DNA of 52,665 nt from a virus (Duplodnaviria > Caudoviricetes): positions 1 to 52,665 of the IMG/VR virus record IMGVR_UViG_3300018420_000025; one strand, 5' to 3'. Made by a program: the position numbers and the translations under genes. Shown here piece by piece: positions 9,020-18,890 of the stretch (position 1 is the first letter of the stretch; each line of letters starts with the position of its first letter). The notes below the pieces were generated by a model, which was not told where the DNA came from, made no database searches, and was given only the letters and a program-made list of their open reading frames with translations.

Positions 9020-9300
9020 TATCTATTATATAATTTATCTTCTATTTTTTCTAACGTAACTTTTATTTCTTCTACATCTTTTTGTGTAGTCATAATAGTG
9101 TTACGTATCATTTGATCTTTCATGTCAAACTCCATACGAGTTACTTCTGGATCAGGTGGCGCAGGTAATTCTTTTGCTTCAGCAATATCTGCTTGCAAAG
9201 TAAACCACATGCCGACTAATGTAAATATTAAAGCAGCTATACCTGCCAAAGTTTTTATGCTTATATTAAAGCTTGTTTCTTCATTTAATTCTTTTGCCAT
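9019..9300 (-). CDS. Single-pass membrane protein with Pro-rich linker and coiled coil
   Basis: TM LAGIAALIFTLVGMWFTL, ELPAPPDPE linker, heptad-like C-terminus; TAATG coupling to the thioredoxin-fold gene. Confidence 0.68.
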   Translation of the reverse strand: MAKELNEETSFNISIKTLAGIAALIFTLVGMWFTLQADIAEAKELPAPPDPEVTRMEFDMKDQMIRNTIMTTQKDVEEIKVTLEKIEDKLYNR

Positions 9301-9301
9301 T

Positions 9302-10069
9302 TTAAAATGGGAGTATTGGTTTAATTATTTTATTTCTTACAGGTTTTCTTTCAGCCGGTCTTTCAGCCTTGTCTTGCTTTGTTTTATTTTTTGGATTTAA
9401 TGTTTTTGATTTACCAATAAAACTACTTCCTGTTCCTTCTGCTAACCCTTCAACAACTGTTTCTGAAGCTCTTTTTGAAATATTTTTTAAATTTTCCCTC
9501 TGTTTTTCATATTCTTCACGCGCTATTTCATCGGGTGTTTTCTTATTTTTATTTCTTTTAAATATATTTTTTATTTTTATTTTTTTCACAGGTGTATTAC
9601 CAAACCCGCTAAAACCTTTCATTTTAAATATAGAAACGTTAAACTTAGATTTATCTATTTTCTTTTTTCCTTCTTTCATAATTGATTTTTGATTTGGATC
9701 AATTTTTCCACCAGAGTGTTTTTGTCCAGATTTATAAGCTCGATATAAATATTCTAACCCAAGACCAATACCAGATCCTCTTAAAACTTTAGATAATGTA
9801 CTAATAGGTTTTATACCTTTTTTAATCTGTGGTTTTAATTTTTTTACAAATTCTTTAGCTGTTGTTTTTTGAGTTTGAAATTTATCAAAGTTTTTCTTGT
9901 ACAAATCTTTTATGGTACCATGACCTGATTTAGCGCCGTGTATATTAAACTGTTTCTTAGCGTTTGCTTTAGCTTTTACATGATCAAAATCTAATGGAGT
10001 TCTTATAAATCCTTTTTGTTTCATTGGTGAGTTACCAAACCCACTAAAATTTTTCATTTTAAATGCCAT
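9302..10069 (-). CDS. Basic protein with duplicated FKMKxFSGFGN[ST]PxK motif
   Basis: 255 aa; motif at the N-terminus and again near residue 150. Confidence 0.65.
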   Translation of the reverse strand: MAFKMKNFSGFGNSPMKQKGFIRTPLDFDHVKAKANAKKQFNIHGAKSGHGTIKDLYKKNFDKFQTQKTTAKEFVKKLKPQIKKGIKPISTLSKVLRGSGIGLGLEYLYRAYKSGQKHSGGKIDPNQKSIMKEGKKKIDKSKFNVSIFKMKGFSGFGNTPVKKIKIKNIFKRNKNKKTPDEIAREEYEKQRENLKNISKRASETVVEGLAEGTGSSFIGKSKTLNPKNKTKQDKAERPAERKPVRNKIIKPILPF

Positions 10070-10073
10070 AATG

Positions 10074-11165
10074 TTAAAATATTACGTAGTTAACTCCAAG
10101 TTTGAAGTCGTACCACTCTCTGTTCCAGTACTTATTGTATTTACCTTCAATAAAATACCCTAAATTTTTGTTTTGTTTTATCCCGTATATCAGCCCGCCC
10201 GAATAATCGTACCACTGATCATCTTCTATATAGTTATGATAGCTAAACTCGCTACCATCGTTGTAATGCCAAGGCATTAGATTACCCCATACATGTAACC
10301 AATTTTTCTTTGTATATTTATAATAATCAAAACCAACAACTATAGAGTGTTGTATAATTCTGTCTAGTTCGTTACGTTTTTTTGCTACGTAATCAGAGAT
10401 CACTCCTGGTATTACAACTGCTTCCCATACTTCAGGACTCGTAGCAACTAAAGTACCGTTAGGGTCAAAGTATTGATCGTTAGCAACGTCTATAGTATAA
10501 CCTTCTTGTATTGCTAGATAAGTATAATGTAAATTACCGTTTGATAACATTAATTCAGCTAAAGGATCATAACCGTATGGTTCTGCTAGCCTATGAGCCG
10601 CACCAATATTAAACGATAAGTTTTTATGTTTTCTATATCTATATCTTTCTGATGCTTCAAAATATTCCACGTCTGCAAAACCATCTTGTAAATACTCAAA
10701 TTTTAAAGCAAAAAAGTTTATACAAACATCTTCGTCGCAACCATCATCTGAACTCCAACGTATAAAATGATGTTGATCCATATAATCAACACCTTCTTGT
10801 CTTTTATAATCTACTTCAAATAAATATTCTAAACCTCTAACTTTACCAACCGTAGCGGCGTCACTATAGTTAGCTTCTGTACCGTCGTAAAACGTTTGTG
10901 CTTTGTTTTCGTAACCAAACCTAGCTATTTTACGAAGACCAACTGTAAAGTTGTAATCGTAAGGCGTGGATATAGTTGTAGTTGATAGTTTATTATCAAC
11001 TGAAAATACTTTTACATCAGATAATGATGTACCACCGTTAATAGCAGCATAAAATGTAGAAAACTTTAATAGTTTTTTAACATCTAGCTCTTGCGCACAA
11101 CAACTTTTTGGCGTTGAACAAGCTGTTAAAACAACCATTAGCAATATTATTAATTTTTTCACCAC
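10074..11165 (-). CDS. Putative outer-membrane beta-barrel protein
   Basis: N-terminal signal (KKLIILLMVVLTAC, possible lipobox); aromatic-rich alternating strands; C-terminal FKLGVNYVIF beta-signal. Confidence 0.65.
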   Translation of the reverse strand: MVKKLIILLMVVLTACSTPKSCCAQELDVKKLLKFSTFYAAINGGTSLSDVKVFSVDNKLSTTTISTPYDYNFTVGLRKIARFGYENKAQTFYDGTEANYSDAATVGKVRGLEYLFEVDYKRQEGVDYMDQHHFIRWSSDDGCDEDVCINFFALKFEYLQDGFADVEYFEASERYRYRKHKNLSFNIGAAHRLAEPYGYDPLAELMLSNGNLHYTYLAIQEGYTIDVANDQYFDPNGTLVATSPEVWEAVVIPGVISDYVAKKRNELDRIIQHSIVVGFDYYKYTKKNWLHVWGNLMPWHYNDGSEFSYHNYIEDDQWYDYSGGLIYGIKQNKNLGYFIEGKYNKYWNREWYDFKLGVNYVIF

Positions 11166-11203
11166 AATACTTTTTGTTTATAATTACTTGTTTTTTTAAT
11201 GTT

Positions 11204-14200
11204 TTACATGCCTTTAAACCTAGGACCTCTATATTTCTTTTTTCTTTGTAAATCATCTTCAATGCCAAGACTCCATTTTGTGTAACCACTAAACAACATA
11301 ACTCTTTGTAACGCTGTATATTCATTATTCATAGCGTCTCTAAGATTTGTTGCTTTTTGATATATTCTATTAGCAGGTGGTCCAGCTACTTCAATATAGT
11401 TAGTAGCGGCAGACCAAGCAGGATTATCAGCATCAAAAGTTTCCATTTCGCTTATAATGTTTTCGTTATAGTTAAGTGTTTTTTCTGCATTAACTAGTTT
11501 TCTAGCTTTAATACCTACAACAGGTGAAAAGTTTAATAACTCCATTAGCACAGCGCTTTCATCTTTATTATAACCCGCTTCTCTTTGTTCTAAAAATTTA
11601 ATAGCCATGTTTTTTATAGTTGAAACAGCAACTCCGTATATACCAGATCCTCTTAATATAGTATCTATAGTACCATTAATAACTCTTTCTTTTTTCTTTA
11701 AAAACTGTTCGTTTTCTTCTTTATCGTCGTCAAACATGACCGCAAACAGTGCTGTTTGTAAACCATAGAATATTAAGTTTTGTATAGCGCCATAATACAA
11801 TATTCTAGACATGTTAGACGCGTCACTTTGGAACTGGGTTGTATTCGGCGGTGTTATTCTTCTATTAATAATATCACTACCAGCTTTTTTAATTATTCTA
11901 TTGTACTGTGATGGTGTGTTTAAAAAGTTCAATACTAACTTACCTATCCACATAGCTTGTTGTTTTGACGTCATGTCAGGTCTTGCTGATTGCTGCGTAG
12001 AATTAGTTATATCTTGTAAATCAGTAAACGCTTTTGCTTCTGCTTCTTTTTTACTTAAACCATCTTTAATATACTTATTAATTCTATTTCTATAAAAAGC
12101 AGCACCTCCAGTTGCAATAGCAATACTATCACCTATTTGTGTAGGTAAAAATCCTAGCTTAAGAGCTTTACCTGTTATAATAGCTACTTGATCAAACATA
12201 TTACCAGGTCTAGCTTTTTTAATAGCTTCAGCAAGTTCTGCACCGTTAATATCTGTTTGTAAGCCACCACGTCTTTGCTTAAGCATGTCTGAATTAAATA
12301 TAAAAGCAAAATCTTTCCAGTATTGTTTTTGATTTGCAAAAGCTTTAGCAGCCGCAATTATATTATTATCAGCAAAGTTTATAAAGTTTATATTAGATAA
12401 TTGCTGTAACAAAGCAGATCTAGTGTTAAAAAACATTACACCTGAAACAGAAGCGTTTAGCCAGTTCATAAACGCGTTTGGTCTTGCGCTAGCTCCTTTT
12501 GGTCTATTAACACCAGTCTTAATTCTATGAAGCATGTCTTCTAAAGCTTCCCTAAAACTTTTACCGTAAGCAGCTTCTATTTTATTAAGATTAGCTTCAT
12601 CAAACATCTTGTCAGCGTTTTCGTTAAACTCTGCAAAATAACTTGCTCTACCAACTCTACCAGTAGCATCTACTAAATCTATTCTTATATTACCAGTTTC
12701 CCAATTTGGCCCTGGGTCTACATAAGCCTCTTGTCTAGATATTTTATTTACTGCTTCAGCATAAGAAACAAGATCCGCGTTATCTGTTACTATTTTTACT
12801 AAATTAGCTTGATCTGTAGCAGCTAAACCAGGTATAGTGTAACCATGTTTGTTCCATAAATAAACTCTTATAGCATCTTGATAAGTAAAATCTTTATCTG
12901 GTGTTTTTTTAACTAACATATCGTTAATATCAGAAAACTGTTTATTTAAAGATTTATAATCATTAGCTATAGCTTGTTTAGCTGTGTCTATTTCTCTATA
13001 AGCTCTATTTAATGGTCTAACTAAAGCTTGCTCAAAAAATTTTCTGTGACTATCACCTAATCTACCTTTACCCATAAAATTGTAAAGTAAACCTACAAAG
13101 TCTTCATGCGATGGTGGTATAAAAAATCTAAACTTACCTTTACTTTCACCACGTTTTCTAGCTTTCATAGCTGAAAAACGTTTTTTAGAATCAATACCTG
13201 TAACGTCTTCAAGTATATTGTTAAAGTTTTCACTTATACCTAAACTAAATTTAGATTTAGCTTGTTGTACGTTAGACTTAATATCTAACTGCTCTAGAGC
13301 ATTTTTTACAGCTTTAACATTAGGTAAAGCGTCATCTACAAAATACATGTCATTATAGCCTTCTGAAAACTTTTCAAGCATCCACATGGCTTTTGCTTCA
13401 CCTGTACTATTACCTAAACCGGTTATATTTTCAAACGGTATATTTATACCTTTTGTTTTTAACCATTCATGTATTGCTGTAGCGCTTTGTGGTGGCCTAG
13501 CTGTTAGTACAAATACATTTTCAGGACCAAACTTTTTAACTTGATTACGCATTTTTTGCAATAGTGGTCCTTCAATACCACCTCTTACATTTACAAAATC
13601 TGTAAAATCAAATTCATATCCTAACTCAGCATATCTAGGTCCTTCTATAGGCCACTGCCCGCTACTTATTTTTATTTCTTCGTCATCTTTTTTAGCTATA
13701 ATAAAGTTTTCACCTTTATCAATAAGCGTTTCATCAAAATCAAATGTAGACATACCTCTTGATTCTTTGTTTGTAATTCTACCGTTTGATATAGCTTTAG
13801 AAAGCTTGTTTATATCGCCTATCGGTTGTTTAAACTCAGGTTGCAAACCAAGCATGTTACGTATAGACTCTTCATTAATCACTGATTGATCAGATGGTTT
13901 TTTTAAACCAGTCAATGTGTTTTGGTATTGAAGTGTAAAACGAACATATCTATCGTTTTGCATTTTACCTTTTCTCATTACTTTTACATTACTAGTTCTT
14001 TTATTCATTTTAGCTTTAGCGCCTGAATTAAAAACTCTTAACTTTGTTTTTACTTTACCAAGATCTTTTATATAAGGAACACCTTTTAGTCTAGAGTTTT
14101 CTACAAAAGAATAAAGACCTAAACCTAAAATTTCTATAGCTTCAACACCACCATAAGGTTTTGCTAAGTAATGATCTATAAGTGGTTGCAGGTCTTTTGA

Positions 14201-17200
14201 AATAACTTCGCTATTTCTAAATATATTGCCTGTAAATTTTTCTTTAACTAGTTCATTATAAATAGACTCAACCATAGCATGACCAATAGGATTTTTAGTG
14301 TCCATTAAAGGCTCGTTTGTTTTATTTTTTTTATTGTAAGCTGTTACTTTTTCGTTATAAGCTGTTACAAGTTTATTTATATCACCACTAACACTTTTTA
14401 ATATTCCACCAAAATTAATACTGTTTTCCATGGAGCTTTTAGCTATTTCAAACTTTCCAGTTTTAGTATTATAAGATGAAACTACTACGCTACCCATGGG
14501 TACTTTAGAGTCCATTTTAACTTCTAAATTAAGTCTTTGACCAAACAGTTCTAATGATATATCTGCTAACCCACCTTTTTCAGTAGCTCTTTCTTCAGCA
14601 AGTTTCAGTACTTCTGGTGGAAAACCGTATGCTTGTAAAACTTCTATCATAGCTTGTTCTAAAGCTCTACCTCTATCAGCAAACTCACCAGATTTATATA
14701 ATTCCTCTGTTCTTTCGCTTATAGATAAAGAAAATTTAACAGTATCAAAAGAAGCTAATTCAGCTTGAGTTTCATCTGCAGTTCTAGATATTTTTCTAAG
14801 TTTAGCTTCTACAATTTTATTTATATCCTTTGAGTTGTTTATTATATAATCATCTATAATTATATCAGCTTTTCTTTTAGCTACACGTCTTAATAAAGCT
14901 GTACGTCTTTCTGTTAAGTTTCTTTCGTTGCTTTCTAAAAACCACCTTATATACTCACGTTTATTAGTAATATTTTTTTGTGTGTCTTTTACGTAATTAG
15001 TCTTTTTACCTGTTTTCTTACTAATACCAGAATAATCTTTTTTACCTGTTTTTTCTTGCTTAAACCAAGATTTATAAGCTTTTCTTATAACCGAAATACC
15101 TAAGCTTGGAACAATCTCATCGTACTCATTTCTAATCCAAGCTTCATATTCTGGAGTTGGTTCTCTTTTGCCTGTTTTTTTATTTTTAGCAATTTTAGGA
15201 ACGTTATCATCAAGCATTTTACGTATATCCGTTAAAATTAACTTTTCCATTTTAGCTTCTAAATTTGCAGGATTTTGTTCTATTAAAGCTTCAACGGTCT
15301 GTAATACAGCTGCATCGACAAACTCTTGATCTTCTAGTTGAACGTCAAAATCTTTTAAAGCTCTAGCTTTAGTATCTGGAGTAGTAGGCTCTTGTTTTTT
15401 GCCTTGCGTATCATCAGCTATATCTCTAACATCTGGATCATCAAGCGAAACATCTTTTCTTTTTGTAGCTAATTTTTTAGCAGCATCTAGTTTAGCAAAA
15501 CCAATATCAGACATAATACGCTCACCTATAGTTATATCTTCTTTACTATCAGCTTTTCTTTGCGCTTGTGGATCATAACCCATTAATCTGTCACGAGCAG
15601 ATTCTATAGTAGCTTTTGTTTTTTCAGGGCTCATTTTTAAACCCTTTATATAGTTGTTTATAGCACCACCTGATAAAGCTATTGATTCAAATAAATCGTT
15701 AAATTCATTACTTTTTCTAAACTCATCTTGAGTGTATTCAATACCTTGTTCTTTTAATTTATCTTTTAGTTTTTGCTCTATTTCGTTTACAGCACTAACC
15801 GCTCCACTTCTTGATATAGATTTTGAAGCTTTTCCACCAACAACTTCTTCGTCAGGTGGTATTTGTAAAGATAAAGTTCTACCTAAAGCTCTGTTTTGAA
15901 AACTTCTAATATAAGCTAAAACATCTTCAGCTGTTCTCATATTAAACAACCAAGATTTATTTCCAAAAGCTTTTTTATAAACACCGTTTAAAAAAGACTT
16001 TAAGCTTAACATAACGTTTTCGTTGTTTTTAGACACTATACCAGCATTAATAAATTCACCGTATAATGGTTTTAACTCGTCTAATCTTATGCCTCCTTTA
16101 TTTATATATTGATCTAATCTTTTTCTTGCTGTTTTATATCTTTCTTTTTTAAGATCACCTCTTTGATATAAATTTTCTAAATGATTACTTAATTCTTTTA
16201 AAGCTTGTTTGTGTTTTGCTTCAGCTTCTACGCCAGTAATAACACCTGCTTTTATATCTTCTAAATGCTGTAATTCGTGAAGAGCAGAATAAGCTATAAA
16301 AGCTCTTTGGTCTCTATTAAGAGCTGGATCTTTAAGATTATTTATAACGTTGTCTTCTATTAATATTATTTGATTTAAGTTTTCTACAACAGTACCTGGA
16401 GCACTTTTAAGCTGATTAGAAAGGCTTTCGTACTTATCCATCGTTATATCTCCTTTCTCTACTAAACCTATTAAATGTTTTTGTGCAGCGGCAAAATCTT
16501 TAAACTCTAAAGTATCTGCGTTTTCAGTATCTTGAGCTACTTTTAAATAATTTTTATATTGACCAAAATAATAAGCAGATTCAACATCAACATTATCTTT
16601 ACCTAAAACGCTTTGTAAAGCCTCTAGTCTTCTTTCTTCTGGTTTTTTTCTTAATTGTTCGTTTTCGTTAACTAAAACGTTTATTTTATTTTTTATTTTT
16701 TGTAGCCTTTTGTTTTCATAATTTGTTCTTTCGCCAGGTCCTTTAATAGAACCTTGAGACATAGCCTCGCTTTTAAGCTCTCTAATTTTTGCCATGTTTT
16801 CAAAAAGCGTACGTATATCGCTATCGTCCATGTTAGCAACATCTGCAAAAGTAGTAAAATCAGCTAAAGCAGCTTCTTTCATTAGTTTCATTATTTCTAC
16901 TTCGTAATAACGCATTTCTTCTTGTTGAGCAGGTGTTAATGAAGTTGGGTTTCTTTCTAATAAATTATCATAAGAATTTTTTAAATCTATTAGTCTTGCT
17001 TGTCTTTCTGCGCTTTCTTTTCTTTCTTTTCTAGTAGTAACTTCACTTCTAACTGAGTTTATAACACTCATACCCATAGAAGGACCTTGAATAGCTAATG
17101 ATGAAAAAACTACGTTCATAAAAAAATCTGGATCAATACCATCTAAAAGACTCTTGTTTTCTTTTAATACAGCGTTATCAACTAAGTTATGACCTATTTG

Positions 17201-18889
17201 TGTTAATACTTCTTCTGTTGTTTCAACACCAGTGTTAAAACCATAAAAACCTACGCCTTTAACCACGTTTTTAAAAGTAATAGGACCAGTTGATTTTGCT
17301 ACTTGAGCTAATCTTTTCATGATATTCATAGTACCTAAACGCTCTGCTACCATTGCAATACCGCCATACGTTATAGAAGAAAAAGCTTTATCTCTTTCAG
17401 TTACGTTTAAATCATCTTCGTATTGATCTATTATTTTTAACAACCTTAATCTTTCGCTTTCGTTTTCTATAGTAGACAACTCTTTTCTTAATTTAGGTAA
17501 TTGTTTAGCAGCGTTTCTTTGTCTTTCTTCTAAAGAAGCTAATTTAGAACCTCCTTCAACAAGACCAAAGCTAGCAGAAATAGCAGTTGCTGCTCTATTA
17601 GCAACAGCTTGTTTAACAACACCTTTAGCCGCTGCCGCATATAAACCACCAGCTAATAAAGCACTAGAAATACTAAAAACATTTTCAGAAACAATATTGT
17701 TTATAATTTCACCAGACTCTCTAAATGTTAAATCTTTTGCTCTTTGTGGAAGAGGTAGCATAGCTTCTTTTTTAAGCTTTAATAACTCATTATAGCTATA
17801 TACCGCGTCATAATCAAGTGGATCTCCAACGCCTAACCACTTCATTATTCCAGCGCCTTGCATAGCTGCATCACTTAAAGCTAATTCAAGATTAATCTTA
17901 GATCTTTGATCAAAACGATAACGTAAATTAAAAGCTTTCATAGCAATATCAGCATTGTTTGTTTTTTCTACGTTGTCGTGAAACTTATTAATTACAGGTG
18001 TTAGCTTATTATATTTTTCTATTAAAGCGTTGTACTCTTTTATTTTTTGTGGAGAAGAGTTTTGATCTACTTTACCTATTTTTTTAAACTCTGACTCTAA
18101 TTCATCTATTTGTTTTTTTAGACTACTACTTTTTTCTTCTATATAATCAGACATAACTTTACTAGTGTTCTGCCCAGCATATCCTTTCCAGCTTTGTATT
18201 ATATCAATATTTCTTTCAGGATCTGTAAATAGTGGTAGGTTTTCAGTACCTTGTGTTTTAAGTTTTTTGTCTTTTTCAACAGCATCCTTAAACAATGTAA
18301 TATATTTTTCATCAACTTCATCACTAGCATCGAATACGCTGTAAAAATCGTTTTGCAAATTTTCTTGCATTTCAGCTCGCAGGTTATCATCATCTAAAGT
18401 ACTTATATATCTTTGCGCTGCTCTGTTTCTTTCTTCATTAATAGCAACCTCAATATCACCTTGTGATACTAAGTCAAAATTAAAAGTTTCATTATTTTTA
18501 AAGTCTTCATAATCACTATACTTTAAACCTCTACCTTTTTCAAAATAAGTTTTTAAATCTTCTTCTTCGCTTGTATTGTATCTCTTTTTAGAAAATATAC
18601 CAGCCTGTAGTTGTGTAAAGTTACCTTCTCTATCTCTATAATCTTGAAATCCTTTGTATTGAATATTGTCTATGTTAACATATTCGTTTGTTGAAAAATA
18701 CTTATTACCAACGCTTTGTATAACGTTAGGACTATTTCTAGTAATATTATTCATTATATTATAAACCTCAAACTTAGAGTCAGGTTTAGGTGTTAAAGCC
18801 TCTGCATCAGGATTTTGTTGTAAAAAATTTTGTAATGACTGAGGTCTAACAAACACTGTAGAACCATCTCGCAATTTATATTCTGACAT
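11204..18889 (-). CDS. Giant probable internal-virion/ejected polyvalent protein (zincin HExxH, PD-(D/E)xK-like and HAD-like domains)
   Basis: 2561 aa, largely helical; ALHELQH, GLADI...NLEVK, FDFDETL...VLTARP...FVDD; last of three genes after the tail genes, as for podovirus ejection proteins. Confidence 0.7.
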   Translation of the reverse strand: MSEYKLRDGSTVFVRPQSLQNFLQQNPDAEALTPKPDSKFEVYNIMNNITRNSPNVIQSVGNKYFSTNEYVNIDNIQYKGFQDYRDREGNFTQLQAGIFSKKRYNTSEEEDLKTYFEKGRGLKYSDYEDFKNNETFNFDLVSQGDIEVAINEERNRAAQRYISTLDDDNLRAEMQENLQNDFYSVFDASDEVDEKYITLFKDAVEKDKKLKTQGTENLPLFTDPERNIDIIQSWKGYAGQNTSKVMSDYIEEKSSSLKKQIDELESEFKKIGKVDQNSSPQKIKEYNALIEKYNKLTPVINKFHDNVEKTNNADIAMKAFNLRYRFDQRSKINLELALSDAAMQGAGIMKWLGVGDPLDYDAVYSYNELLKLKKEAMLPLPQRAKDLTFRESGEIINNIVSENVFSISSALLAGGLYAAAAKGVVKQAVANRAATAISASFGLVEGGSKLASLEERQRNAAKQLPKLRKELSTIENESERLRLLKIIDQYEDDLNVTERDKAFSSITYGGIAMVAERLGTMNIMKRLAQVAKSTGPITFKNVVKGVGFYGFNTGVETTEEVLTQIGHNLVDNAVLKENKSLLDGIDPDFFMNVVFSSLAIQGPSMGMSVINSVRSEVTTRKERKESAERQARLIDLKNSYDNLLERNPTSLTPAQQEEMRYYEVEIMKLMKEAALADFTTFADVANMDDSDIRTLFENMAKIRELKSEAMSQGSIKGPGERTNYENKRLQKIKNKINVLVNENEQLRKKPEERRLEALQSVLGKDNVDVESAYYFGQYKNYLKVAQDTENADTLEFKDFAAAQKHLIGLVEKGDITMDKYESLSNQLKSAPGTVVENLNQIILIEDNVINNLKDPALNRDQRAFIAYSALHELQHLEDIKAGVITGVEAEAKHKQALKELSNHLENLYQRGDLKKERYKTARKRLDQYINKGGIRLDELKPLYGEFINAGIVSKNNENVMLSLKSFLNGVYKKAFGNKSWLFNMRTAEDVLAYIRSFQNRALGRTLSLQIPPDEEVVGGKASKSISRSGAVSAVNEIEQKLKDKLKEQGIEYTQDEFRKSNEFNDLFESIALSGGAINNYIKGLKMSPEKTKATIESARDRLMGYDPQAQRKADSKEDITIGERIMSDIGFAKLDAAKKLATKRKDVSLDDPDVRDIADDTQGKKQEPTTPDTKARALKDFDVQLEDQEFVDAAVLQTVEALIEQNPANLEAKMEKLILTDIRKMLDDNVPKIAKNKKTGKREPTPEYEAWIRNEYDEIVPSLGISVIRKAYKSWFKQEKTGKKDYSGISKKTGKKTNYVKDTQKNITNKREYIRWFLESNERNLTERRTALLRRVAKRKADIIIDDYIINNSKDINKIVEAKLRKISRTADETQAELASFDTVKFSLSISERTEELYKSGEFADRGRALEQAMIEVLQAYGFPPEVLKLAEERATEKGGLADISLELFGQRLNLEVKMDSKVPMGSVVVSSYNTKTGKFEIAKSSMENSINFGGILKSVSGDINKLVTAYNEKVTAYNKKNKTNEPLMDTKNPIGHAMVESIYNELVKEKFTGNIFRNSEVISKDLQPLIDHYLAKPYGGVEAIEILGLGLYSFVENSRLKGVPYIKDLGKVKTKLRVFNSGAKAKMNKRTSNVKVMRKGKMQNDRYVRFTLQYQNTLTGLKKPSDQSVINEESIRNMLGLQPEFKQPIGDINKLSKAISNGRITNKESRGMSTFDFDETLIDKGENFIIAKKDDEEIKISSGQWPIEGPRYAELGYEFDFTDFVNVRGGIEGPLLQKMRNQVKKFGPENVFVLTARPPQSATAIHEWLKTKGINIPFENITGLGNSTGEAKAMWMLEKFSEGYNDMYFVDDALPNVKAVKNALEQLDIKSNVQQAKSKFSLGISENFNNILEDVTGIDSKKRFSAMKARKRGESKGKFRFFIPPSHEDFVGLLYNFMGKGRLGDSHRKFFEQALVRPLNRAYREIDTAKQAIANDYKSLNKQFSDINDMLVKKTPDKDFTYQDAIRVYLWNKHGYTIPGLAATDQANLVKIVTDNADLVSYAEAVNKISRQEAYVDPGPNWETGNIRIDLVDATGRVGRASYFAEFNENADKMFDEANLNKIEAAYGKSFREALEDMLHRIKTGVNRPKGASARPNAFMNWLNASVSGVMFFNTRSALLQQLSNINFINFADNNIIAAAKAFANQKQYWKDFAFIFNSDMLKQRRGGLQTDINGAELAEAIKKARPGNMFDQVAIITGKALKLGFLPTQIGDSIAIATGGAAFYRNRINKYIKDGLSKKEAEAKAFTDLQDITNSTQQSARPDMTSKQQAMWIGKLVLNFLNTPSQYNRIIKKAGSDIINRRITPPNTTQFQSDASNMSRILYYGAIQNLIFYGLQTALFAVMFDDDKEENEQFLKKKERVINGTIDTILRGSGIYGVAVSTIKNMAIKFLEQREAGYNKDESAVLMELLNFSPVVGIKARKLVNAEKTLNYNENIISEMETFDADNPAWSAATNYIEVAGPPANRIYQKATNLRDAMNNEYTALQRVMLFSGYTKWSLGIEDDLQRKKKYRGPRFKGM

Positions 18890-18890
18890 G

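Noticed and set aside
11077-11325. 82-aa ORF bridging the giant gene and the barrel gene (possible frameshift fusion)
   Set aside because: Both flanking genes have their own clean stop or start and signal peptide; no convincing slippery site with downstream structure
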